From: Catajapyx aquilonaris
Lineage: Eukaryota
Direction: 5' to 3'
DNA: 64,000 nt
Assembly: GCA_000934665.2 (NCBI GenBank)
Contig: KZ538246.1
Coordinates: 1-64,000, forward strand
Shown: positions 35,301-45,800 of the stretch, one piece after another
Position numbering within the stretch: position 1 is the first letter of the stretch
Layout of the letters: the number at the start of each line of letters is the position of its first letter
Notes under the pieces: generated by a model
What the model saw: the letters and a program-made list of their open reading frames with translations, nothing else
Database searches by the model: none
What the model was told of the DNA's origin: nothing
Made by a program: the position numbers and the translations under genes

Positions 35301-35972
35301 ATTTGGTCACAAACTTATATAACCCCTTATGAGTGAGCGGGTCTTGCAAATATTGGTTGCATTAGCTTGGTATGTAATCATTGACCACAGCAGGGTGTGT
35401 AATTTTTGTGCAACTGGAAGCGAATTTTTGTGCAACTGGAGAATTTTTGTATGTCACACTGCATTTGGCATGCAGTGCCCCTCCCTTTGCCATTGTCATT
35501 TTCAAAATTGAGAATTGTTGTGCACTGGATGTACAAGTTTCTCTGCTTCTAAAATTTCCCATAGAGTAACACTAGATTAATATGTTGCACAGATACACAG
35601 AAGCAGCACCAGGATGAGGTTCTCAACTTGGAGGCTATCATGAGAGCAACTCAGGAGATGCTCAGGCAACAGACCAATCGTTACAGGGAACAGGTGGGTC
35701 CACTTGTAAGTCATTTCCTACTTCTCCATTTTTTGTTCTGATCAGTTTCTAGTAATACTGCACTGGTTTTTGCTCTTTTTATTTAGTTGGAAAAGCTTGC
35801 ATGTTCAGACATCCTTATCAAGGAACTATATGTGGAGAATGCTGGCTTGGTCAAGTCCCTCCAGGTGGCAGAGCAGAAATTGAGGACAGCTCAGAATCAC
35901 CATCACCATTTGCACCACCACTGTCATACCCTCAGCCTTGAAGAGAAGAGCACTGGAGGGATGTTGGTGTGA
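3540..35972 (+). CDS. Bsg25D: Ninein / ninein-like (Blastoderm-specific gene 25D) centrosomal EF-hand coiled-coil protein, ~1389 aa, 21 coding exons
   Basis: Phase-consistent exon chain: 3540-3843, 4020-4171, 4231-4351, 7649-7875, 8875-9018, 9529-9641, 22084-22305, 22416-22556, 23584-23758, 23912-24028, 24091-24260, 24319-24497, 24584-24768, 24936-25055, 27441-27686, 27827-27958, 28030-28139, 29865-30318, 33259-33829, 35593-35693, 35787-35972 (4170 nt). Ninein-family motifs: EVTPKFVFGKKKYGRRSRP, EF-hand LFEQLDIDKDGRISFEEF, FSMLDPDNTGFAS, ERDKLR..LAQEVDD, SLELLRVEYEKCEDYWQGKLEEER and C-terminal SDILIKELYVENAGLVKSLQVAEQK. Confidence 0.92.
5415..6735 (+). repeat. Internal tandem array (GACTGTAACGCTCGAGTTTGCCTCCATGCCCCCTATGCGGATCC units and TAGTAGACTCGGATA 15-mers), interrupted by an insertion
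   Basis: Units start near 5415, 5555, 6497, 6600 and 6705; the 15-bp tandem repeats lie at ~5483-5545. Confidence 0.75.
5661..6496. mobile_element. Nested non-autonomous TIR element (P- or hAT-like)
   Basis: TIRs CAAAGCCTACATAA...AGCCTGAACTCTCC, with 8-bp TSD ACTGTAAC at 5653-5660 and 6497-6504. Confidence 0.8.
9063..9484 (+). mobile_element. tRNA-derived SINE with (ATT)n tail
   Basis: Pol III A/B-box-like head (TGGTGCTGCGG; GGAATCAAATCCC), 3' (TAT)n tail at ~9395-9485, and 15-bp TSD ATTTAAGGAGTCAAA (9048-9062 and 9485-9499). Confidence 0.8.
10403..10911. mobile_element. hAT-like MITE with nested hairpins
   Basis: TIR CAGCTCCCGGACACT / AGTGTCCGGGGGTTG and 8-bp TSD TGTTGGCC. Inner inverted arms at ~10528-10619 and ~10789-10880; near-perfect hairpin at 10709-10792. 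Confidence 0.75.
11400..11660. mobile_element. Degenerate fold-back element
   Basis: Inverted arms: cagggtattgtctc..gccatattggatcta versus tagatccaatatggc..gagacaataccctg. Confidence 0.5.
12414..13268. mobile_element. piggyBac-type non-autonomous element
   Basis: TTAA flanks (12410-12413, 13269-13272) and TIR CCCTTTGT(C/T)TCC. Confidence 0.75.
13477..19069 (-). CDS. XK-related protein (XKR / CED-8 phospholipid scramblase family), ~476 aa, 4 coding exons, nested in the ninein intron
   Basis: Exons 19069-18516, 18231-17969, 17582-17320, 13827-13477 have GT-AG ends and consistent phases (1431 nt). XK motifs: VGTDIAVV, WWFWFSLALVVIP, RCFDTLCYG, DAPQFALQLYIL, SLVTLSWSLVSFQRALR, ARIVSLVLFA, GWVYIFCYINVKDEPSRYK, FMLVYYRFFHP. 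The paralogue cannot be assigned by eye. Confidence 0.92.
14890..16457. mobile_element. Palindromic Tc1-derived element made of two inverted 3' halves (transposase pseudogene fragments)
   Basis: TA followed by TIR CAGTAGTGGCCATAATTA. Arms ~14890-15569 and ~15770-16457 are inverted copies. Both carry Tc1 catalytic and C-terminal remnants (QDNDP.H, PSQSPDLN, SMLHRCQSVIDNKGYQTKY); the left copy extends into the spacer with MMVWG. D-to-E spacing is 34, with stops, frameshifts and E->K. Confidence 0.9.
16858..17295. mobile_element. Tc1/mariner-type MITE (CAGGGTG termini)
   Basis: TA TSD and long TIRs CAGGGTGTATCA.AACTCTACCGTAAGC. Confidence 0.85.
19225..19795. mobile_element. Degenerate TIR element related to 25827-26483
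   Basis: Inverted segments tccagaattgatttt / aaaatcaatcaatcctgga and ggtgctagga / tcctagcacc. It shares the tctgtgaccattt and gactcaaaaaattg motifs with 25827-26483. Confidence 0.45.
19950..21900. promoter_or_regulatory. CpG-rich island inside the ninein intron; probable promoter / 5' non-coding region of the nested XKR gene
   Basis: CG dinucleotides rise abruptly relative to the CpG-poor flanks. The XKR start exon has an acceptor (exon begins 19074) and therefore needs an upstream exon. Confidence 0.5.
22962..23381. mobile_element. Tc1/mariner-type fold-back MITE
   Basis: TA TSD, CAGGGTGTTTCAGAGTCACGGGTCAAGC termini, ~190-bp nearly complementary arms. Confidence 0.9.
25160..25417. mobile_element. 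Fold-back MITE-like element
   Basis: Inverted repeat aattgaagacctatagtaaaaaaggttgtaagtg / cacttacaacctttttactataggtcttcaatt. Confidence 0.6.
25461..25614. repeat. 154-bp palindrome with Helitron-5'-like ends
   Basis: ATCTCTAGTTTTATAAAAGGCAAAGTTTGTTTG... on the left and its diverged reverse complement on the right. Confidence 0.55.
25827..26483. mobile_element. Non-autonomous TIR element with long imperfect inverted arms
   Basis: Ends TGAAGGATTCCTTC / GAAGGAATCCTTCA; inner inverted motifs aaatcagggttt / aaaccctgattt and caaatggtcacag / ctgtgaccatttg. Confidence 0.65.
27061..27345. mobile_element. Fold-back MITE-like element
   Basis: Inverted gcgcttagtgagtccctatc / gatagggactcactaagcgc and cactgtaccaaatcgc / gcgatttggtacagtg. 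Confidence 0.65.
28236..28557 (-). mobile_element. tRNA-derived SINE (3' end lost in an assembly gap)
   Basis: The reverse strand reads GGGGAGGTGTAGATGGCCGAGATGGTAACG...GGTTCGATCCCCGCCTGGGGA (A and B boxes). The head resembles the SINE at 9063. Confidence 0.75.
28669..28850 (+). mobile_element. Single arm of the 22962-23381 MITE family
   Basis: TA-CAGGGTGTATCAGAGTCACGGGTCAAGC... colinear with 22962-23140; no partner arm found. Confidence 0.8.
28881..29056. repeat. Hairpin / fold-back repeat
   Basis: ~70-bp inverted arms (gcactgaaaaaggcgctctcatgctacaccgg and its reverse complement). Confidence 0.75.
29263..29473. repeat. Hairpin / fold-back repeat
   Basis: gagtacagaaatccatc...tagagcctggagtaagc versus gcttactccaggctcta...gatggatttctgtactc. 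Confidence 0.7.
30929..31142. mobile_element. Small TIR element
   Basis: Inverted ends aacaacaccaccaccaccat..catgacatttcccgata / tatcgggaaatgtcatggtggtggtggtgttgtt. Confidence 0.55.
32288..32690. mobile_element. TIR element embedded in (CA)n and carrying (CCTAA)n repeats
   Basis: 25-bp inverted repeats at 32308-32332 and 32638-32662 (1 mismatch), (CA)n on both sides, internal GTGGGGAC/GTCCCCAC motifs, and (CCTAA)n at 32367-32451. Confidence 0.75.
33900..35250 (-). pseudogene. Degenerate mariner-type transposase relic, split by a MITE
   Basis: Frameshifted remnants on -: DAPSYTLVKEW, IPHDHLCLLKVSLHWI (cf. ILHDHLGMRKVSARWVP) and RFLAQAEMWVPHFNP (cf. IVTGDETWVHHYDP). Boundaries are approximate. 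Confidence 0.65.
34078..34613. mobile_element. PIF/Harbinger-type MITE
   Basis: TAA TSD (34075-34077, 34614-34616) and TIR AGGCC(C/T)GTTTCCA extending into ~60-bp inverted arms. Confidence 0.8.
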
Positions 35973-37472
35973 AAATTATTTTTCTCCAAGTGAGTCACCC
36001 ACCCTCATCACCCAGCCTCTGTATTACTAATGTGTTGATCTCTGGTCTAGTAGCTATGAAGGCAAGTTGGTGCCTTTTATGATTTTCTGTAAGGACACAC
36101 GATGCGCTCCTAGGCAGTTTTCAAATCGTATGTCGCCAGCATACTGTGAATTGACCTACAGTAATTCATTTAGCATTGGCTATTGGGATGCACCATGTGC
36201 CTAGATGGATCCGTGATAAATTGATCACCTTGCACCACTGGAATACATCAACTTCCACTTGGATGCTTATTTCGATTATTGGTGCTTCATTTCATTTTCA
36301 AGTCAGTTGCTCTTGGGCTTGTAATATTTATTTGCTGGATTTGAAATTCAGTAGGAGTGACATCAGGTGCTGATATGTTTTACATAGGATTCAAACAGAC
36401 TGCAGAGCAGTTGGTGGAGAGTATTTTATTGTGTTGAGACACTCATTTTAAAATTTAATATTGTTGTACTGTTTATTCTGTCGGAAATACAGGCATTTGC
36501 GGACCAGTCATAGAGAGATGAAAGTGAAAATTTCCATTGCTGTATACATGACAACTGTTCCTTTATGATGGACATCAGTTTTTCTGAGTATTATATTCAC
36601 CACATTCGTAACGTTGATTTTCATTTGTAACTAGTCAGGATTTTCACGTTAGCCTCTCACACTTTGTTAACGTTAAGTCTTAATTGCAAGTAGAGACTTT
36701 GAAGCAGCAAGAAGCTTTAGTCATATTGTGGTGACACTACTGACACATCACAAAAGAACATGAGCAGTCTCATGTTTTCCCATGTAGTTGGACTGACTAT
36801 TCCCCATGAGCATTTGACTGGTGCTGTGATTCCAGCCCAGCCCAACACGAACAGCTGCATAGAGCCTCCCAAGCAATGGTCATATGCTTGCAGTTCCCTC
36901 CCAAGTTTGAGGGTGTTAAGATAATAGCACCTTGTGGAGTTAGCAGCGCCATAGGGCAGACCATTCATAAGGCTCAGTGCCAACAAAATGTTTTGTGTTG
37001 GAGTAGCTGAGATTCCTTAGCTCACATGGTCAGCATTGTTGCACTGCCATATATTCGGCCTGCGTTGTTTCACATGTTTTCATTTCAATTGCTATCTATT
37101 GAGCTTTTTAAATTGTTGAAACTTTACGAATTTTTAATTGTTGCTGTTACTCAGCGATTGCAAAATTCTGGAAATCATGCCGTCGGCGAGGTGTTAAATG
37201 TGTTACTTTACATGTTGGCAGCTTATTATGATTCTTAACATGCCGTATTTTGTTGTTTAACTAGGGGACCAAATGCATACCCTGTCACTTTGTTTTGCTA
37301 ATGCAAGTTACAGAAACTGTGTATGTGACTTGTGTGAAGAGAAGAGAAAAAATGAAATCAGGTGCGCCACATTACATGTTTTAATTGCTGGCAATAAGAT
37401 GCAGTACATATCACAGAAGCATGGTGGAATGTTTGTTTCTCTGAATAAAAAAAGAGGAAGTGATGATTTGAT

Positions 37473-38331
37473 TCAGTCCTTGAAAAACATCGAGTATATG
37501 CCATAAAAAAGGAAACTGCACACCATTAGTAGAACTGCAATTAAGGCAGTGAATCGATTGTCCTTCCTCAGTGACTCCAGCTCTGTTTCATGTTTCTTCA
37601 GAACCCCTTTCAGTGACTCCAGTTCCTTCTCCAGTTCCTCCCTGAAATGCGAAGGTGACAGATATTAACTTGGAACCGTGATGTGCCTGAAAGTTACGTT
37701 AACCGTGACATAGGGTCTTTTGGGACCCCATTCATATTTTAATTTTTATTAATTTTTATATAATACTTTCCAATGTATTCACTATGCAATCATTCTTTGA
37801 ACAATGCCTAAAATGATCGCTAATTTAAAATAAACATGCACTTTCTGTTATATACTTTTTTTTAATGGCAACAGTTCATTGTAATTATCATTTTAATGCA
37901 TTTTAATTCCTTCGGGGTCCTGAAAGACCCCATGTCATGGTTCCAGGGTTAACAAACATCTTGGCTGCTTTGATTCTCAAGCTGCAGGTTTGCTTTCCAG
38001 ACAAATGTAATGACTCAATTTAGAATAAAGCATGCACCCTGACCTGAGTCATTACATTTGCAATGATATTATGAGCCCATTGAAGATTTTAACATCTGGC
38101 AGTCACCTTTGCTCCATGCCCATGTCCTTCCTTTTAAGAAGGGATTCCAGTGTTTCAGTCCTGTGCAGACATTTTCGTATAGCATCCTCTGCCTTGTCCA
38201 TCTAACAGGAGAAAAGATGAACTTTCAGTTTAGCCCAATTTTCATAATAGTGTCAGTTGTTCCACTCTAAGTATATCAGAACATTAGAATAATGGCAGGT
38301 ACATATAAAATACCTCAGTCAGCACAGGCAT
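37473..38331 (-). CDS. CCDC167: Coiled-coil domain-containing protein 167-like, 93 aa, 3 exons
   Basis: Exons 38331-38314, 38201-38107, 37641-37473 have GT-AG ends and matching phases. Product: MPVLTEMDKAEDAIRKCLHRTETLESLLKRKDMGMEQREELEKELESLKGVLKKHETELESLRKDNRFTALIAVLLMVCSFLFYGIYSMFFKD. A short coiled coil, an EL..LRKDNR motif and a C-terminal TM helix match the CCDC167 layout. Confidence 0.82.
37665..37952. mobile_element. TTAA-flanked piggyBac-like MITE in CCDC167 intron 2
   Basis: Inverted aaccgtgacatagggtcttttgggacccc / ggggtcctgaaagaccccatgtcatggtt; the right end is CAGGG-TTAA and the left end is degenerate. Confidence 0.55.
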
Positions 38332-38339
38332 GGTGACAA

Positions 38340-38700
38340 TCTTGCTGATAGTTCACAAACTGCATGTGGTACTGCTGTAACTGTCACGTTGCCATCTTGA
38401 TTTTTTTTTATTTTTTTTTATTTTTTTTGTCCCCTTTTCAGAGCTGGCGCCATCTGTAGGTGTTGAAGGTACGTGTTGCTCCCACAAGATGGCAGATGTA
38501 TGTGTTCCCACTGCAGCAGACTCCGGCTGAGAAAATCCAGATGCGGGCGATTTGGCCGACTAGAAATGGGGTCGGCGTGCCAAATCTAAAATTAGGGGAT
38601 TTCTCTGGAAGTTATAGAGGAGTTCGAAACAGCCCGCCGGTTCACAGTTTGCATTTCTCTCCGACGGAGGCACATCGAGGGTAAGGAGCTGTACAGTAGT
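38340..38700. promoter_or_regulatory. Probable (bidirectional) promoter of CCDC167 and a + strand transcript
   Basis: Three YY1-like motifs (38391-38398, 38449-38455, 38486-38493), onset of CpG-rich DNA, and a + strand donor GAGG|GTAAGG at 38681. Confidence 0.5.
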
Positions 38701-41700
38701 TTCTTCCTCTTGGCCCTTGCTCCTCTCCCGCCCGCCCACTCACCGACCCCCCGCATGTCGGAATAATGATTGAACTGCGATTGATAAGTCTTGGGACAGT
38801 GTCTTCGTGATTGCAGGCTGACATAGGGTTCAAGCTTTTAGTTGACCGGTTGCTGGAAGGTCTCAGAAAGCTTGGTTTCAATTTGCTGACCATGACCTGT
38901 GACCCAGAGTGTACAGTAAGTCGTAGACGCTGAATGTGTTGCAAGACAGTAGTGTGGGACGAAACTTGATGTAAAAGAAAGTTGAGAGTTATTTGATACC
39001 ATGTTAGCTTTGTTAGATGCGAAACTATGAGCCGAGATATTGCAGGGAAGTAAAAAGAAGCATATTCAACAATGTACGGTGTACCGAAACCAATTCATAA
39101 TTTACAGAAATAGCGTGGGAATGTACGAACTGCTGAAGAAATTTGGCGAAAGAAAGTTTATCTGAGTCTGCTATATTTTTTTTCTCCGTATCCTTGCGGC
39201 GTATTTTCCATAGTCAGCTCGAGTTCCAGTCCTATTGTACTTGGACAGAGTCCCAATTCAGTGGAGTAAAATTTAACCTGCTCATTAACGTCAAGGTTCC
39301 GGCAAGTCCTAATCTTATTTTATGATGCAGGGTGAGAACACCTGGAGCTCGACAGAGCTGGCTAGTTTTGCAGAACACTTGCAAAAAATAGAGTAGATGT
39401 CTATATCGCATGGAGAACCTCAGTCGGATGCTTCAGGAGTGGTTTGCATTTTGATGAAATTGATGCTTTATTTTTTTGCGTGAGCAGGATTCCACATCCT
39501 TCACGTAAACGTCAGCTGTGCTGGAGCAATCCAATTTTCTGGGGACTCGAAAGAGTCGAAACGTCACGAAGGCTATTGGAAAGGTTAATCAGGTGTATCC
39601 TCCTGAGACCCGGCGTCCAGTATACTGGACATCTGGAAAAGTTTTTTTGGCGCCAACTAGTGATGCCAACAGAACTGTAATCTGTTGGTATCCCATGATT
39701 ACAATCTGGCCTCAGTAGCTGTAGCCACCTAGTGTCGAATATCTGACTTGGGCCGCGAAAATTAAATCGCGGAAAAAATGGCGGATGCCGCTGCTGAAGC
39801 AAGGCTCTCATCTGATAAGTTTTATTTTTTTCCTCATATTTAGAGTGCGATTTTCGTCAATGTAGGGAATGCCCTGGGATTCGCAAGGAATGTGCATTAG
39901 GAAATACGAAAAAAATTGTCTGTGACCATCTTTGTTGTTGTAGAGATCTGGTAATTTTCTTTTCTTCCTGAGACAAAATGTCCATTTGAATGGACACCCT
40001 ATTTTTATTTTTTTTAGCTGAATGGGTGTGACTTTTATTTAAGTGCCTGTACCTATACACCCACAAGGAAGTGCGCTTTTCACTATGCAGTTCAGTTTCA
40101 AAATCTAGAATAGCAAGGTACCACTTTAGCGGGTAAGAAGGGAAGGAGCAAGCCCCATGCCTGGAGTGGTGGCGTTAAAAAATAATTTCATTTATCTTTA
40201 ATTGTCTTCTGAGAGGAATTGCTACCACGAATTCCACAAATGAATTTAAAAAACGTGGTTTGGAGGATAGAGCACTATGTGAGTGATCCATTAAGGGGTA
40301 TTTCAATTTTCAGCTTTCATCCGTTCTGCTTCTGTAGCAGCAAATGAATGCCAATGTTCTCATTGGTTGTTTGTCGCCATTTTTGTCGATATTTTAAAAC
40401 TAAAATTTTTTTCTCGTTTCTTATTGGGAAAATGTTCAGAAAATGCAATAGGAACTGATATTGCGTTACTCAATTCTTCTCGGGTCTCAGGAGGATATGC
40501 TATACACAGGCGACGTTGTGGAAGTAGTACACCATGTATGAAACTATATCGCGTCAAGAGTCATGTTATACCTATAGGGGATTTGTGACACTTCATTTCT
40601 TCACAGCACGTCAACATATCCCCGAATGGAAAAGAACGTCCTCTGTTTCCTGGGAAAACCCATCCAAAATAGCCGGTGTTCCTTTAGACGTGTGGGCTAT
40701 GCAGGTTTTAATGCTAACGTATAGGCAAACTCGCACATAGTTTCCCGGTACTACTATTTATTAATGCTTATAAATGTTATAATACGTACAATATGGAAAA
40801 CTGTGTTGTCGCAATGAGACCGACAGCTCTGTTACGTTTTGCAGTTATTTACCTTGCTTTGGGGTCTAGTTTAGCGGCAGAGTCATTGACGCTTGGGCAT
40901 TGCGTTCATTACATCTTCAGGCCGTCGACTACTCTTGTCACGGACGCTCTAAATGTGTTGCCTAACCTTGCGGAAATAGAGCTTGGACATTGTAGTGCGG
41001 AACTAAAATAACAACTCAAGTCAATAGTTTACATTGGCGTCTGCATTGGAACTCTAAAGAAAGATGTGCTATACAAGGGCAAGGCTGTTTTTGTAATTAC
41101 AGTGTTTGATACGAGTGCTGTCAAGGAGCTTTTCACAAACTATTGGACAGTACTTAGGACAAGGGGGAGTATGTCTGTGTTGACAGTAACAACGATCAGG
41201 GAGGGGTCGGATCGGCAGTTTAAAATTTTGTGCATTGGCTCGATGAAGATTTTGAATTGACATTAAATTGCGACCTGTATGCAAAACCTTCAGCCGCTTG
41301 GCTTTTTTACTTAACCTACCAGGTTATAAACAAGCAGAGCAAAGGTTCAAGACGCGAGTGTAGGTTTAAAATGGTCAAACAGTGCAGATGTGCTTATGTA
41401 AACTTCAGTCCAAGCCAACATCTATTATACTAGTACGTATATTCACATACTTATTGTGCCGAAGGTGGCTTAAAATAGATGTAAGCTACGCCCACAAGTC
41501 CAACCCACGGATGCAGATGCATTTATTAATAGATGACGGCAGTGAGTAGTTAAATGTGTTTATTGGAGCATATGGAACGCGGATGTTTTAAAAAATAAGT
41601 CAGAAAGGCGAACGTGATTCTGAGGATGAAATGGTATTATCGAGGCCGTTTAGTCAGAAAATCTGGGCGGGGCTCAAATCGATTGTGCCATTCTTTTGAT

Positions 41701-42529
41701 CTACTATTGATAGTCATCTGCGCGGGGGTTACGTTGTTCTCATTTCTCCGGATGGCATACTGTCAGGATAAGGTCACTTATACCGTGTGTTTCATAATTA
41801 AGGTTACATTCCTATATGGGTGAAAATGTCGCGGACGCTCCCGTGTCAAGTTGGTATTCCCGAGGCTGCCAATTGGAATCGGTCAGAACTGAGAGAACGC
41901 GCACTTCTCCCTGCGTACCCCTAACTCCCTTGGATGTTGTTATTGGTCAAAAACTCAAAATATATCGTAACACACAGACGAAAGCTCTCCTGACATACTA
42001 TAGCTCATCCACATCCGAATGCCCCAAAACCCGATAACACCCTCACGATGACGCGGAGTTGTCATGCCGCATGCTTTTGACACATAAGGTACGGTACGGT
42101 ATACTTCGAAAATTGTCATATGCATGGCATGACACTTAGCGTCTTTGCCAGGTTCCTTGTCATCTTGAGTTATCGAATTTGAGTTTGGGTGGAAGGGGAT
42201 AATTCAGATAAGGCGATAGGTGCTCTTTCTTATAAGCTTGGACAAACATGTCACCACAACCATGTCTCATCAGTGGTTACTTACGTGAGTGCAGTATGTT
42301 GTTAGTATTACTGCAATCGGGTTTGGAATTCAGGCAGGTGTTAGTGTCTGGTAACAAAACGTGAGATACAGAAGAAAAGACAGGAAGTTAGTTGACATGT
42401 TAGCGTACGTTATTCTGCTGACGAAGCATTCTGCCACATTGCCAATCAAGATCTTGGAATACGTGCAGAATGGGGGATGTGCGAGACCTACTTTTTACAT
42501 AGAATTTTGTACTAGTATATAGTACAAGG

Positions 42530-42860
42530 AAAAACACGGTATTTCAAAATATATAGCCGCATGCTTCGGACCGCTACGGACTTAAAAGGCAGATCACACC
42601 CATCGCTTAATCTGAATGCCACCCACTCCGGACATCTACTGCGACAACAAAAGGCGAGAATAAGCTTTCGTATAGTTGTCATATCTTGCGTCAATAGCGC
42701 CAAAGAGTTGCGTATGATAGATGACAACTCCTCGTTTTGTCGAGCTTATTCTCGCCTTCAGTTTATCTCAGTGGCTGCCCGGAGTGGGTGGCATTCTGAT
42801 AAGGCGATGGGTGGATCTTCCGTAAGTCCGAAGCACATCTGTATAAACTTACCCGTGTTT
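42530..42860. mobile_element. Fold-back MITE-like element
   Basis: Inverted gaatgccacccactccgg / ccggagtgggtggcattc and aaggcgagaataagct / agcttattctcgcctt. Confidence 0.65.
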
Positions 42861-45800
42861 CTTGAACGTTATACAAGTACATGATCAGACTGATCAGAGC
42901 ACCATTTTCTGGAAAGGTCCATGCAGCAGTATGGTTTTCAATTAACTTTCTACAAGTACTAACAAATTCCTGGGCCTTTGGACTCGTTACTTTAACGTTT
43001 AACATAATGGCTAGTAGACTCATTTTAGAAACACCATGTAGACGGTAACATTTTGGTCGCCTGTGACACCACTCCGAAACATTCTCCTCCTTTATCAGGC
43101 CCTTCTCAACTGGAGTTTTTCCAAAGCTTCATGGCCGTTTCACTGAATTGTATTCTTAAAATATAAACTGTGCCTATATAAATTACGCATTTAAAGCAGT
43201 CCTGGCGTAACGTTACCAATGCATCGTGGAAGACGAGTGCATTAAACATATTTAGATCCGTCCCTGAAAGAGTAGAGCACGCGGAACTTTTCCATGGGCA
43301 CTGCCCAACAGAACGTCAGACTCGGTGGCCCATAAATATATTTTGGGCCGCATACTAATGTGGCAGTCGAGTGACCCAATTATCAAGAGAACATATTACC
43401 CAGATTGCGCATGTGTGGTACACGTGGGCGGCAGGAGAGTGTCGCCACCCCTGCACATTTTGCCAAGATATCTTGGACAGCGCCTCCGTTAGTAGGACGA
43501 ACCAGGGCCAAGAAATGCTTCGAATTCGACCTATTTTTGGGACACCACTCATTCGACCACTGCCCCTTCTTTTTCGACATCCAATTTACAACGCTAATTA
43601 CTGCCCTGCCAATTAAATCGAGTGGACTCGTGCAAGGGACTATCCTAAAGCATTTGATAATCAAGGCCGTAATCATTACCTTCCCCCTACTTATATTCAT
43701 AAAGGACATCGTGTTGACCTCTTCCGCTCCAGGTTACATACCATCACGGAAGTTGCGGCACCTCTATTTAGTTTATTTATTTCCAAGTTCAATAATAGGT
43801 TCAATTGCCGTTCTTCTTGCTACCAGCAGCCATCCGAATAACTTCTTAGCTCAAATGTGAGCTGATGGGAACAGACATGAAGATATGTATACAGTACACA
43901 CCCACAGGCGGAGTGTTGAAGAATTGGTGTTTTGGTAGAGAAATGCGGCAAAGAGCAGAGAGATCTTTGCAAAGGCCTGTAGTCTGTTTGGCAGGCTTAG
44001 CCGGACGCAGAAATAGCCTTCATTCCGTATGGCCGGCAGCAGCACATAGACGAGAGGGCACAGACTCCGTTTTCCGAAGGGGATGGCCAACCAAACGTCG
44101 GCTCCTTAAATTTACACTGCCGACGGTACAGGACTTTCACCCCGAAACTGACGCCACGTTTCGACACAACAAGACCTGCACCGATTGATCATGTCTTTGA
44201 CAGATAGACCAACTGAGCTGGAAGAGTAGCCTACATTGGGGGTCTTTACTAAGGTTTTGGGATATGTACAGGATGTTACTTCAAGACGAACACAAAAGTA
44301 GATCCAAGGGATAAGGTTTCAAAAATAAAGTGTAGCTGTTGTCAACGGGCATAGGCTTAATGCCACTATGCTCGGTCCTAAACGTCAGAACGGATGACAG
44401 AAGAACTCTGCAACAATAGGGGACAGTACTGTTACATTTTTAAAGGAGTAACATGATATTGTAGTGATGTGGATGGAAGTTCCGTATCTTTTCTGACACG
44501 GAAAGCCTGGTATGAAATATTTTTGAGACTTATTTCATATAACTACTGTGTACCGTGTGATGTGTATGCGGCTATTTGTTTAAATGCGTGGATCGTATGT
44601 GGAATAGCGGGAGGTATGGTGTTAGTTGTTGAAGTGGGCCATGAGGAAAAGGGGGCAAGGGAGCTCATCCAATCCAGAATAAGAAACAGCAGGTTGGGTT
44701 TCACCTCTGGAGGGATCTCAGCTCAGGATCTTCCTATTAAAAGCGAACTTGTTGCGTCATTTTACATCACGTTAAGATTTTTTAACTCCACAAAGTGCTG
44801 TCATTGGATGTATTGGATCGGATTAATTTTCGGAACTATTAGTAGAGCACAATAAGCACATTAGTGCAGATACAAATTCTACATATAGGCCAACACCCCA
44901 TAGCATTATGAACTAGCACTTGTGTTTATTATGTTAACCGTATTTTAGTCTGCTAATGTCTCAAAAATGGCATCTTGGCTGGTGCTTTCTGAAGATTGGC
45001 CCAGATGCTATTTTTTGTGCCCCATATTTTTTATGTTGCGGTATATGCGGGAGTCCAGCCAAATTCAGCCATAAGCAGTAGTTCTACATTTTTCACTTCA
45101 TTCATAAGAGATCTCGTTAATGGCATGAATGAAATTGACGCAGCGCGTTAGGCATTGAAGTGCACTTTGTGTGTGTACTAGTGTATAGCAGAGTGCACCA
45201 GTGTTTTAGGTGCACTGAGAGTGAGACTTATCACTGGAGACCTTGACACAGCATCGAGGAAACTGAGCTCGGTCTAGACCAGATCCACTAGTTGATTGCT
45301 ATGCACAGTGATTCAAATCCAAGTTATCTGATCGTACAGTAGCCTACATCTACATTCTGTTGGAGCTTAGTGGGTGTTTTGGTGTCAACAGAATCCATCC
45401 ACTTTGACATACAGTCATGCAGTCAGTTTAGATCTCTGGGTTGGTAATTGTGTGCCTAACAATCAAATTGTGAGCCAATCTAATTTCCTTGGTCTTGATC
45501 GTATAAGTAAATGGTCACGCTAAGAAGAACTATAGTGTTGTAAAAGCGACAGAAAACATTTTTTTAAACGACTTTTCGGTTTTTCATGAGGTCTCGGAAA
45601 AATTGGAAATTGACTAGGAACACCTGCATTTCTACAATAGATAATTACGCGAAGGAACTTCATTTTCACTTTTTAATAAGTTTGGTTTTAAAACTTTTAA
45701 CCAATGACAAAGAGGCACTCGCCTCTGTTTGTGACATTTCCATTGGAAACTGGATCCGAGAATTTTGACTATGGAAAAAAACAAGTTTTTTTCTGGCAGT

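Noticed and set aside
43405..43860. LINE reverse-transcriptase relic (SSGLVQGTIL...PLLIFIKDI)
   Set aside because: Only a faint resemblance to GVPQGS..PLLF..YINDL, with no YADD or other motifs; it would need a profile search.
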